From IMG/VR virus record IMGVR_UViG_3300020477_000033, positions 1-53,591 of that record: a DNA stretch of 53,591 bases, one strand, 5' to 3'. Positions 9,355 to 21,500 of this stretch are shown piece after piece. Below the pieces are notes generated by a model that worked only from the letters and a program-made list of their open reading frames with translations, had not been told where the DNA came from and did not search any database. The position numbers were made by a program, and so were the translations under genes. Source of the DNA: a virus (Duplodnaviria > Caudoviricetes). How positions within the stretch are numbered: the first letter of the stretch is position 1; the number at the start of each line of letters is the position of its first letter.

Positions 9355-10577
9355 TGGCAATTAAAGGTGATTATAAAAAAGATAAAAGTTTAGACTGGGG
9401 AGAATATAAGTCCCCTTCAATGATTGCTTCAGAGTTTGAAGGCAAGAAAGGGATGTTAGACTTCCAGGATGATTGGGATGTAGCACATAGCGATTTGATT
9501 GCAGGTGTTCAGATGCTTGATGCTGGAATGACAGGAGCAATGGGAGCTGGTGATCTCTTGTGGGGCTTAACACCAGATGAGGGTAAGGAAGCTTATGAAC
9601 AAGCTATGAAAGAAAAAGCTAGTGCTAGAAAATCAGGAGTAGAATACAAATCTATTTTAGATAAATGGAGAGAAGCTCCTGCTCTTGAAGCACAAAAAAC
9701 CTATAAAGAAGAAACTATGTCTATGGCTGAAGATATGCTAGTTCAATCAGTAGGTGATAATATTATAAGACATAGCATGAACCCTGATGGAACTTATATG
9801 GATGCATCAACATGGAAACTTCCAGACGAATATCAACGTCTTAGTGAACGTGAAAGAAGAGCTATAAGAGAAGGAGTTTCTGTTCATGCACAAGAGTATT
9901 TAAGAGCACAAGGTATTCCAGAAAAAGATTGGAAAGATTATTATGATACTGCTTATATGACTGGAGACGGTCGAGTAATTCTTGAGGGTGGAGAAATTTC
10001 ACAAACACGTGGTCCATTTAAGCTTTTTAGAAGACAGGACGAATTTGAAGGAAGAAGAACAACTATAGAAGATCCTCGTTCAGCTGGAATACATCAATAT
10101 TATGAAGATGAGAGGCAAAGGGATTATCCTGGTAAACAAATGTTTGGAATTTGGGGAGATAGAATACAAAAATTTGGAGAGTCTATTGAAGGGCCAGATT
10201 TTTCAGATTTCAAAAATGATATGAAGAAATGGGGAAAAGATATGGACAAGAAAAGACAAGATTTAATGGATAGATTCGGTAAATGGGCAACTCCTCCAGA
10301 AAGTAGCACTCCTTATGGAGATACTAAGCCAGGTTCAGAGGCTGCAAAAAATATAGGAGAACAAGTTGGTCAATCGGGTACAGAAAACGCAAACGTAGAA
10401 ACATGGGAAATGCCAGAGTTTGAGGCTCTTCCTGATGACGCTCCTCTAAAGAGTGACGATCCTTATATCATACTGGCTAACAAGTTGCTTAAAGAAGGAA
10501 GAGATCCACGATGGGTAGAGGATTTTGTAAATCATCAGATGCAGTTAGATGAAGAGTCAGAAGCAAGAGGTTATTAA
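9354..10577 (+). CDS. Hypothetical protein, possible internal virion protein
   Basis: Start likely 9354 (TAATG overlap, GGAGG RBS); acidic. Confidence 0.65.
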   Translation: MAIKGDYKKDKSLDWGEYKSPSMIASEFEGKKGMLDFQDDWDVAHSDLIAGVQMLDAGMTGAMGAGDLLWGLTPDEGKEAYEQAMKEKASARKSGVEYKSILDKWREAPALEAQKTYKEETMSMAEDMLVQSVGDNIIRHSMNPDGTYMDASTWKLPDEYQRLSERERRAIREGVSVHAQEYLRAQGIPEKDWKDYYDTAYMTGDGRVILEGGEISQTRGPFKLFRRQDEFEGRRTTIEDPRSAGIHQYYEDERQRDYPGKQMFGIWGDRIQKFGESIEGPDFSDFKNDMKKWGKDMDKKRQDLMDRFGKWATPPESSTPYGDTKPGSEAAKNIGEQVGQSGTENANVETWEMPEFEALPDDAPLKSDDPYIILANKLLKEGRDPRWVEDFVNHQMQLDEESEARGY

Positions 10578-11077
10578 TGTTAATTCCTGAACCAATGTTT
10601 GGATTTTCTTTTAGAAAAAAACTTTATAAACATATGAAGTTAAGAGAGGGTTATAAAGAAGAAGTATATTTAGATACTTTAGACAAACCAACTTGTGGTA
10701 TTGGACATTTATTAACTAAAGAGGAACAAGAGAAATATAAAGTTGGCGATGTAGTTGATGAAAAAATTATTAATAAATGGTTTGAAGAAGATATTGAAGA
10801 AGCATTAGTTGCTTGTAATGAACAATGTGTAAAACTAGAAGTATTTGATAAAGATTTTAAGATAGCTTTAACATCAGTTAATTTTCAATTAGGAAGTAAA
10901 TGGTATAAAAAATTTCCTAAAACATGGAAAGCTTTGTGTGAAAAAAGATATGATGATGCTATAGCAGAAATAACATATAAAAAGCCTGGAGAACCAGAAT
11001 ATTCTGATTGGTATAAACAAACACCAGTTAGAGTGTTAGATTTTTCTAAGGCAATAGAACAAATTATGGAGGAATAA
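10577..11077 (+). CDS. Lysozyme, GH24/T4-like
   Basis: LREG..EVYLDTLDKPTCGIGHLL carries the catalytic E-D-T arrangement; FQLG; WYKQTP.R. Confidence 0.9.
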   Translation: MLIPEPMFGFSFRKKLYKHMKLREGYKEEVYLDTLDKPTCGIGHLLTKEEQEKYKVGDVVDEKIINKWFEEDIEEALVACNEQCVKLEVFDKDFKIALTSVNFQLGSKWYKKFPKTWKALCEKRYDDAIAEITYKKPGEPEYSDWYKQTPVRVLDFSKAIEQIMEE

Positions 11078-11313
11078 TGGCTACTAAAGAAAAATCAGAA
11101 TTAAATTTAGATCCTATAACTAGCCCAATAGAAGAAACGGTGGAGACTGTGGTTCCCTTTGAACCTAAAATGCCATCAGAAAGCACTGACGCAGAAGAAC
11201 GTCATAGACGTTATAATAGAATACGTCAATATGTATCTTTTCAATTTGCTAAAGATTGGGATATGAATGCTACAATGGGTAGATTAGGCTTTGGATGGAA
11301 GGAGGATAGATAA
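11077..11313 (+). CDS. Hypothetical protein
   Basis: Coupled 78-aa ORF with RBS. Confidence 0.65.
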   Translation: MATKEKSELNLDPITSPIEETVETVVPFEPKMPSESTDAEERHRRYNRIRQYVSFQFAKDWDMNATMGRLGFGWKEDR

Positions 11314-11882
11314 TGGGTTGGTTTGGAAGAATTGCTAAAAAACTTACTGGTATTTTAGGTCCAGATAGTCCAGCTGGAGGACTTCTTGAAGCTGCTATGC
11401 CTTGGGGTAAAGCAATAGGATTTATAGGCGGCATGGGTATGCAATATGATGCAATTCAGCAAGAAAGAGATAGATTAAAAAAATTAAGAAAATATGGTCG
11501 AGAAGGACAACAGAAAGCTATTGATAATGAGAAATATGCAGTAGAAGATTATCAAATAGATAAAGGTCTTTTAGGTAGAAAATTTGATTTACAAGCAGAT
11601 CTAAAAGTTGATCAACTAGGAACTGCTGTAGATAGAATTGATTATGCTGGAGGTGCTACGAATTTAGTATCTGGTGAAGTCAACGCAATGAAAGACGATG
11701 CTATGAAGATGTATGGACATCAGACAGATGCTTTAGCATTACAGTATGATGTTTCCAATAGAGCTTTACAAAAAGATTTAAGAAAAGAATTAGGAAGATA
11801 TCAAACGCAATATGATATGTTAGGACAATATACAAATGATATGTCATATAATTTTATGGAAGCCTATAAAAATATAGTTTAA
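11313..11882 (+). CDS. Putative internal virion/ejection protein
   Basis: Gly-rich amphipathic N-terminus, helical body; position before giant gene. Confidence 0.5.
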   Translation: MGWFGRIAKKLTGILGPDSPAGGLLEAAMPWGKAIGFIGGMGMQYDAIQQERDRLKKLRKYGREGQQKAIDNEKYAVEDYQIDKGLLGRKFDLQADLKVDQLGTAVDRIDYAGGATNLVSGEVNAMKDDAMKMYGHQTDALALQYDVSNRALQKDLRKELGRYQTQYDMLGQYTNDMSYNFMEAYKNIV

Positions 11883-11891
11883 GGAGGAATA

Positions 11892-12506
11892 ATGGGTTAC
11901 GCAGCAGAAACGCTATTAGCTTTTAAAGGATTTACTGAAACACTAGATCAATTTACTGGTGCTTCAGCAAGAAGAGCTGAACAAGCAGAAATAAGAAAGG
12001 AAGAAAGAACTATCGTTAATAATATGGCAACTATGGCTATGCAGTCAATGAGTAAAATGCCAATGCAAGATCAAATTAATTTTGAACAATCAGGTTTACT
12101 TGGATATGGTATGTCTACTTTAGGTGGTTTTATTGATATGCCCTTTCAACAATCTCTTGCACAAAGAACATATGGTAATTATTTAGATTCTTATGAAACA
12201 AATACAGTACCATATTTGCAGGATTTGGCTTCTACTAGAGCTTTATTAAATTATTATTCTCCAGATAATCCAATGGTTAATGTAATAGATGGTAAAATTA
12301 ATTCTGAAATGGGTAAATTTCAGAATACTACAATGAATTACATGGATCAAAGTATTAGATTTTCTAGGGTTGCTACAGAAGAATCTCAAAGATTCATGCC
12401 AGCTATATCTTTCCAAGCTAAATCTGATTGGGAACAAACAAAAAAGCTTGCAGATATAAATGATAATTTATTAGCTACATTAACTATAGATCCACACGGG
12501 GAATAA
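11892..12506 (+). CDS. Putative internal virion/ejection protein
   Basis: AGGAGG RBS; helical; position. Confidence 0.5.
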   Translation: MGYAAETLLAFKGFTETLDQFTGASARRAEQAEIRKEERTIVNNMATMAMQSMSKMPMQDQINFEQSGLLGYGMSTLGGFIDMPFQQSLAQRTYGNYLDSYETNTVPYLQDLASTRALLNYYSPDNPMVNVIDGKINSEMGKFQNTTMNYMDQSIRFSRVATEESQRFMPAISFQAKSDWEQTKKLADINDNLLATLTIDPHGE

Positions 12507-12509
12507 TAA

Positions 12510-15500
12510 GTGGCAACACCGTATAATACTCAAATAGATTATTTGACTAATCTAAGAGACGTTGGTATCATTAATCCACAAGAATATTTAAAAAGATTAG
12601 ATACATCTTATAGAATGAAACCAAATCTTTTCAGTGAAGAAGATTTAGACTATATAGAAAAAGAGCATAAAAAATACGATATAAAATGGAATCGTGATTT
12701 ACAAGAATCTGGTGCTTCATTATTATCTGTTGTTAATCAATTTACATCTGGATTAGTAGAAGGTTTTACTACAATAGGTTGGGCAGATGAACCAGATACA
12801 GCAGTTGAAAGAATTGCTGGATCATTTGGACACTTGCTTGGATTTGCTCCAGATGTTATTGCTAGTGTTTTAAGTGGTGGTAGATATATTCCTATAGCTG
12901 CTGCTAAACAAGCTTCAAAGAAAAGTCAAAAAGCTGTAAGAGAAGGTATATCAAAAGTTGCTTCTAAGTCTCCTTCTTTATTAAGAAAAGAAATTTCTCC
13001 TAATACATTTGCTTTAAGATCAATTCCTATGTTAGTAGCTGATAAAGTGTTAGAGCATTCAAAGGCTGCATTAGGATCTACTAATCTAACTTCTCTTGGG
13101 TTTTTATCTAGAGGATTACTTGGAAAAGCATCTGTAAGAAATGCAGCACATCAAGCTGTTCACCTAGGTGTAGCATTAGGTGTATCATCATGGAAAGATG
13201 GCCCTAAAGCTATGATAGATGCTACTATGCACGGTGCAGCTGCTGGTGCTATATTTGGTAGTATTGGTAATTATGTTCGTATTGGAGACATGTTAAGATC
13301 TAAGGATACTGCACAAATGGGTAGAGAAGCTGTTAAATTAGCTTCTAGACAATTATATCAAGACCCTAATAAATATGAAGCTATTGAAATGCTTATGAAA
13401 GGTAGTTTAGGGGCATCATTTCAAGGTGGGTTAACCACATTACAAGGAGCACCATTACCAGATCAAATATATGAATATTTATTAGGTTTCTTCTTCGGTG
13501 CTTCAGCTAAATCTGCTGGATTTATGAATAGAACTAAATTTATTAATCAAAGATTTTTCCCTAGTAATGAAAATATATCAAGAGTAAAAGAGAAATGGCA
13601 AGCAGATCCAGAGTATCAAGCATTACCAAAGGTTGATAGACAATATATAGATAGCTATTTAGATTCAATTAGAAGACAGCAATTAAATATTATTAATAGT
13701 GATAGACCTTCCTGGGCTCAAGGTTTATCTCAAACCATTAAAGATATAGCTAAAGAAAAAAATATTGATTTAACCGAACCTATAACTATTGAAAAGAAAA
13801 TAATTTTAGATAATGAACAAAAGAAAATAGAAAAAATAAAAACTCCTAAAAAAGATACTGTTGATAATGAAGGAATTAATGTTCAAATGCCTGAAATACC
13901 TAAGAATAAAGAAGAAACTTTTAAAATGGCTTACAGGAAAGAAACAGGAACAGAAACTAAAAATAATTTAGTTGCTTCTATTAATTCTGGAATGCAATCT
14001 GGTGCAGATTATGGAGGTTTAAAGGGTGGTAAAAGAAGAGGTGCAAAAACAGGTGGTTGGATTACAAGTGATTTTAAAACTAAAATTAGTGGTTCTAAAA
14101 AACAAAAAGATCAATTAATAAAAGATTATGGATTAAAATTAGTTACTGAACCTATTACTGTTGAAGTAGAACGAGGGAAAAAAAGAACATTTCCACCAGA
14201 ATCTTATCCTAATAGAACTATTAGAAATGTCAATGATAATGATGCTACTGTTATATTTGCCCTACCTGAACATATTGATAAAAGTGTTGGAACTAATAAA
14301 ACTATAGGATATGCGTCAGAAGGTAAATGGGTTAGAGGATCTAGTAAAAAACAATTAAAAAGTGCATCATATTTATCAGGATATAGGCCTCATATTATTA
14401 TTACTGGAGGGTATAAAAGCAAAAAGATGGCTGATATAGAGGCACAAAATTTAACAGACTTTATACTTAATGTAACTAAAAAAAATAATGGAAAAATTCC
14501 AAATATTAATATTGCTGGACATGGAAATGATAGAGTCCCAGGTAATAAAACCTGGAAAAGTTTTGAAGACTATGTGGACTATATAGTTGATAAATCGTTA
14601 GAAGGAAAGGTAGAAACATCTCCTATTCCACCAAATGTAGATAATGGTGGTGTTGAAATTACAGCTTCAAACCCAAGGCCTCCTAAAACTGTAAAAGATT
14701 ATGCTAAAGAAAGAATGGGGGATTATAAGCATGAAATATCAAAAGGTATTGAAGAAATAGAGAATGCTTCTTCAGACCATTCTTCAAAGACTATTCTTTC
14801 AAGACCTACAAATATAGCTGCTGAATATATAGTAAGTCAAAATAAAAAATTAAGACTTGATACAGTAAAATTGGAAATGAATGATTTGATTGAAAAATCA
14901 ACAAGTGATATAAAGTTTTTTGAAAAACTTGATATAAAATTTGGAGTAAGTATTCCAGAAAATATTAGAAAAGAACTTGGTAGAGCTTATTTAATAAAAA
15001 GAAATCTTAAAGAACAAACTGATCATGGAATTCAAAATTTAAAATCTTTTAAAAAAGAGCCATATAAAGAAGAATTTAATCATGAACAATTTCCTAGTGA
15101 AGATATAGATGGTACAATACTTGTTAAATATCGAACAGAAAATAAACATGATAGACATGTAAAAGGAACAGTAGAAGACGTATCTTATATTCTTTCTTCT
15201 GTTCAGATAGATCAAAAACAAGGTCGTGCATTTAAAACAATTGACAATGTTCAAGGGCCTATATTATATAAAATGGAATATAAGCCTATTTTAACTCATC
15301 AAGTTCCTAAAGGTAAAAAAGAACCTATCACAGGTAAAAAAGCATGGGAATATACCTTAACTAAAGAAGGATTAGATGCAATAAATCAAAAATTAGAAAA
15401 AGATGGATACTATGTTTCAAGAGCTTATAAAGATAAAGGAGTTTTAGAAGTAACTCCATATGCAATTTCAGAAAAAAATCCATATAAAGATAATTATTTA

Positions 15501-18500
15501 AGTAAAGATGATCAGGTATCAGTATTAAAAGAATTATGGCAATCAGACAGAAAGCCTAAAACAGACGTAGAAAGAAAAACTCTAATATCAAATCTTTATT
15601 ATCTTTTAAGAGAACATAGTTTAAAAGGAATAAAGGGGCATGGTAAAATTACAGCTGATAGCCTTATTAAAGGTATTAGAGAAGTTAGAGCTAATGATAA
15701 TCAAAAATTAAATTATAAAGATGTTGTAGAATACAATAAGTATGCATCTTTAGATTGGGCTACAAATATTCCTCTTAATAGAAAAGATTATAATATTTAT
15801 GATGCTGGAAGTAAAACAAAAGCTGTTTATGTTCCAGATTTACCAGCAGAAGTTCATAAAGTTATTATGCTAGGCAATACTGATTCTGTTCACTTAAGAA
15901 GACAGGATGTATTTGATGCTGTTGCTAAAAGACATTATATAGATGCTAAAGATGATAAAATAAAATTAACAGCTTTTAGAGGAGCTAGAAATGATGTAAA
16001 TCTTATTAAAAATAAAATAGGTACTGAAAGAGTTAGTGATGCTTTAGACAAACTAATGCATAAGTTTAATATTCATGATATTTTTTATGAAAGTGGAGGA
16101 AAAACAAATAAAGGCAATTTTAATTTAGCGAGATTAAGATTTAATGAAAAAACAAAAGAGTATTTCTTTGAAGGTGGTATTAATGATAAAAATATTGTTG
16201 ATTATAATTGGAATGAATGGTATATAGATTTAGGTGTAAGGCAAAATTCTTCTCATATGAACAGAGGAGCTAGCGTAGGTAAGCAGTTGTATGATTCAAT
16301 ATCTATGTCTAGAATTAGAGGTGAAAGCATTGAAAGGGGAGATCGATTAGATAAAGCAGTATCAGATTGGATAGACCTTAGTAATGCAGGAGATCCAGTT
16401 TTAGGTACTGAAATTATTAATAATTTTAGAGCAGGAAAAGAATTAACTCGTGATTTTGATATTCATATGGTTCCAGAAGATGTTATCATAGAAATGAAAA
16501 ATGATGTAACCAGAGGAGGTATAGACAATCCTGTTTTTAAACAAGTTTTAAAGAAAATAGTTGAATCAAATGAATTAGATATATCTTCACAAGTTTGGGA
16601 CCCTCAAAAGTCTGCAGATTTAAAAAAAGATATTATGGAACAATACCAAGTATCTGAAATTCTTAATATGCATGACTATGATCCATTAGTGTTTACAACT
16701 CATCCATATAAAGATTTTATTAATAAAGCATTATTTAGGCATCTTGTAAACAAGAAACGACAACCGAGAGATCCAGATGCATTTCAAACAACATTAAATG
16801 GTTTAAATGCAGAAGAATTAGTTCTACATAAACCTAGAAAAAATCAAGGTCCTAACAAAATTAGAACAGGAGTCGGTGATGGTTTATTTATGATGGGTAG
16901 AGACGTTAGAGATAAACCTGTTAGAATACCACAAATAAAAGCTATTAAAACTATGGGACAAGCATGGGATATGCTTAGAAATACAAAGTTAGATAAAACA
17001 GAAGCTATAGCTATACAAGAAGTTTTAGATGGACAGGTATTACTTCGTGTTCCTAATAGTGCTGTTAGTGGTGCTAGAGTTCCAAGGTTTGGTGGTTTTG
17101 TAAATAGAGATGGAATTGGATTATATGTAGGTCCTAAAGATAAATATTATATGGATGGTGCAGATAATGATTTTGATGAAGCTTTTGTATTTAGAAATAT
17201 CCCAAAAGAATTAAGAGAAGAATTTGCTAGAAATCAAGAGTTTTTAAAAGACGAAAAAGGTGAATTAATTAATTTAGAAACTCCACCTGATTGGTTGATT
17301 AAAGATGGATATTTTACTCCTTATGAAGCTAAAACTTCTAATGACGTCTTAATAGATATGGTAACACCATGGCCTAGGCTTGAAGCTGGTAGAAGTGCTG
17401 CTGTAGGTAAAGAATCTATGGGTGGTGCTATTAATTCATTAGATAGACAATTATCTGTAATGGATGCGGTTATTAATACTAAAATTACAGAACCTTCTAG
17501 AGAAATTCCTTATATGTTAGTCAATGTTACTAAAACTGACAATAAACAGAATGCATATTTTGATAATAGTTTTGATCATAGAATAGTTTTATTAGATGGT
17601 AAAGGAAAACCTATGACATCTACTAATTTAAAAGATTATGATGTGCTTCTTAAACAGTTTGAAGTAGATGCTTTAAAAATAAAAAATGGATATGCAGATA
17701 GTCCTAAATATTTAAATATTCCTAGTAATTTTCAAATAGCTGAAATGACTTGGAATAAATATTTTAGAGTTCAAAGATTAAGCCAAGGTGTATGGAAAGA
17801 TTTAGGTAAACATAGTAGTATAAGTTGGCTTAATACTACTAGCACACAAGCTAAATATAAAAATAAAGCAGGTAAATGGATTCCTGTTAGAAAAATTCAA
17901 GAAATTCAAAACTTAGCAGATACTTATAAATTAATACATGGTATGCCTTCAATGAAAGAAATTAACGAATCTCCAAGGGTTTTTAACGAATTTATTAGCA
18001 ATCCAAACTATAGATATGATTTACAAGTATATAATACAGCTAAAAAGCTAGCCGATAGAACTGATTGGACTATAGATTCTTTTGAATATTTACAATCTTA
18101 TAGAGGATTTGAACACCTATATGATAACTCTATAGAACCTTATGATTTTGTATTAAGAATGACTACTGAGTTACAAAAAAGATTAATAAATAGTAAATAT
18201 TTTGATAAATATGGTTTAATACCTAATTACAGACATGAAACTCAAGCTATATTCTCTTTAAAAAGAAGTGGTAATTTTATGTTTAAAAACTTAAAAGATA
18301 TTGCTAACAAAAATTATAAAACTTTAGCAATGACACCTACAAGAGAAATTGAAAATCATTTTGATAATGCTCTTAATTTAAATGTTGCTGATTATGTTTC
18401 TGATATGTTTATTACCAAGGTTGCTAAAAGCAGATTAACTGAAATGAATGTCCATGAAGCATTTAATTTAATTAAAGATATTCAAACAAGAGTTAATCAG

Positions 18501-21500
18501 ATAAAAGAAACATGGTATTATGGATCAAATAATTTTAGAGACAATACTGGTTATACAGTACCTAGAGAAAGATTAGATTATAAATGGATTAATCAAGAAT
18601 TAGCAAAATTAAAAGTTAGATATAATAAAATTCCATCTTATAAACCTTTTATTAAAGACATAGAATTAGTAATTGATGCATATTTAAAGGCTAATCCTAG
18701 ATTTAGGTTTAAAGAATTAGCTAATAAAACTACTGAAGATTTAATGAAACTTGTTAACAATCATAGTAGATATATTGCAAACAAATTAACTCAAAAAACA
18801 GTAGATGGTAAAAGAAAGTTTACCCCAGAACAACTCTCTGCACTTACTCCTGAAACTTATGATAAATTTTCAAAGGATAATAATTTATTAAAATTAGAAC
18901 AAGCTATTAGATTTAGAGAAGATGCTTTAAATGTTTTATTTCAAAGAATTTCTCACTTTGATAGAACTAAAATGGTTAAACCTGAAAATAGAATAGCTTT
19001 ACTTAAATTAAAAAAAGAGATTTTGAGTAAAGGTTTAGAATCTGTTAATAAAAATGTTAAACTACCTAAAGAAACAAGTGATTTTATTAGAACACTTTAT
19101 CAGACTAATTCTGCTGATCAAATTTTAGATATCAATACTGTTAATAATAAAAAGATTGTTAAAACTAAACAAGAAGAAGTAGATACAGATATTAAGAAGT
19201 TTAAAAAAGAGCAAAAAAAATTAAAAGTTAGTAAGACAAAAAAGATTTACGGAACAGATCCAGAAGGAAAGAAAAAAGTTATTGGAGAAGAACTAGGAGA
19301 TGTTGATAATATCTTTGGAACACTAACATCTCAAAAGGAAGTATTAAAAGGTTTAGCAAGAAAGTTTAGAGATAAAAAACAAGATCCAGATGTAGTTAAA
19401 CAACGAACTGTATCAACTATTAAAAGAGCTTTTAAGAAACCATTTAGCTTTTTAGAACGTTTAGATAGTAATATTCTTGAGCCAATAACTCCAGAAAATC
19501 AAAAAGTTTTAGATGCTTTTAGAGGTTTAATAGAAAAACATCCTCAAGTATTAGAGAATTTAGATTGGTATTTTGGAAAATTTACAAAAGATAGTGAAGG
19601 AATTGTAAGAGATTTAGCTTCTATGAATAGTAAAGAGGCTCTTTTATTTGTAAAGCAATTAGAACGTTCTTTTAAACCTATGACAGGATTGGTTGGTAGA
19701 GATGGTAAGTTTAAAGAAAAACCAAGGAAGAGTGATCATGTATGGTTTTATGATTATGCTGGAGAAAGATTAGGATTTATGGAAAGTGATTTAGAATTAA
19801 AACCTATGCTTGAAAATAAAATGATGGTAAATGGAGATATTAAATCTGAATATATGGAGCAACCAATGTCTTCATTGCAGTTAATAAAAGAGCATATAGA
19901 TTTTACAGATACAATTACTAAAGCAGCTAGAGATAATATTGAGAAAACTCATGTTGGTCACTTTGGAGAAATTTTAACATCAGACAGTAAAGAACTTGCT
20001 AGACATCGTAAATTACTTGAAGAACATGCTATTAATAGTATTGAATATCTTGAAATAGGTAAAAATGAAAAGGCACGCAATAGCTTTCACAGTAATAACT
20101 ATTTAAAGAAAAAATATAAAGATTCTAAAAAGTTAATTGATCAATTACAAAATGAAGGAGTTAAAATACCTTATTTAGGTAATAATTTACCTCCTCATAT
20201 TTTTGTTCAAGAATTAATTAAGAAACATAAATCATTTACAAAATGGGTGGCAGATAGTTATATAGAATCTAGGCATAAAAATATTAAAGAAACTTTTCTA
20301 CATATTAGTTCATGGAATCCAAAATTCAAAATGTGGTTTCCTAAAGATGAATTTTCTAGAAAAGAAAAGTATACAGAAAAAGATGGATATAAGTATCAAA
20401 TTCAAGAACTAGAAAAGATGTTTTATGATAAAGAAACTGGTCTTTTTAAGCAAGATAGATATATAGCATATTATTATTCCCTTATGAACTATCAAGGAGC
20501 ATATATAAAAAGAGATGGAAGTACTAAAAAATCTGATATTACTGGACAGTTTAATAATAGAGAAATATCTCAACACTTACTACCAAGTTTTAATGATATG
20601 ATATTTATAAAAAATGCAATGAAAATAAAAGATAGAGCACAAGATAAATTTACAAAATGGGATTTAAGTAGACCTGAAAAATTAACACAAAAACAAAAAG
20701 ATAAAGTTAAAGAATGGGTTATGAGAGAAATTTCAGTAAATAGTGATTATATGAAAATGTTTGATAACTCTATAATTGAATCTGGTTATCACCCTAGAGT
20801 TGGTCATACAGAAATACAAAAAAATGCAGAAAAAATTCAAGAACTAATGTTAGAAATTGCTGATAAAGAAATGGCTACTATAACCACTCCAGATAAGTTA
20901 GATCCAGAAATTAGAAATCAAATGATTCTTGTTAATCCCGAAAGAGGAAGACCTCTTACTTTTACAGAAGCTAAACAATTACAAAAAGCAAAGATGTTAT
21001 CTTTAACTCAAGCAGAGTTTACTAATTCTGCACTTGAAGGACAGATGGGAAATGAGTTAGCAATTAGTGATTTAATGACTAGAGATAGATCTGGAAACAA
21101 TAGATACATAGGTGATTATACTCCTGCTAATATGCATAAAAGAGGACGTTGGATTATGCCTTTTTATCGATTAGATGTAGAAGCTTTAAGAAAATACGGT
21201 AATATACTCACTAAATCCCATTTAACTAATGTTACTGGTCTTAATCTTGAAATGATTGTTAAAAAATTTGATAGAGTTAATAATGTTGAAAATGATATAA
21301 ATGCTTTAGGTTGGTCTGGGTATTTAAGAGATGCTGCATTAAATATGATGGGAATGAGTCATCATAAGCCTATAGATATACATGGTATACAAGAAAAACA
21401 TAAACCGTTGTATCAAAGTTTTATCGATAATAATTTTTCAACAAAAGGTTTAAAGCTTTCAAAGGCAGAGCATGATTTAATATATGACTTTAAAAGATCT

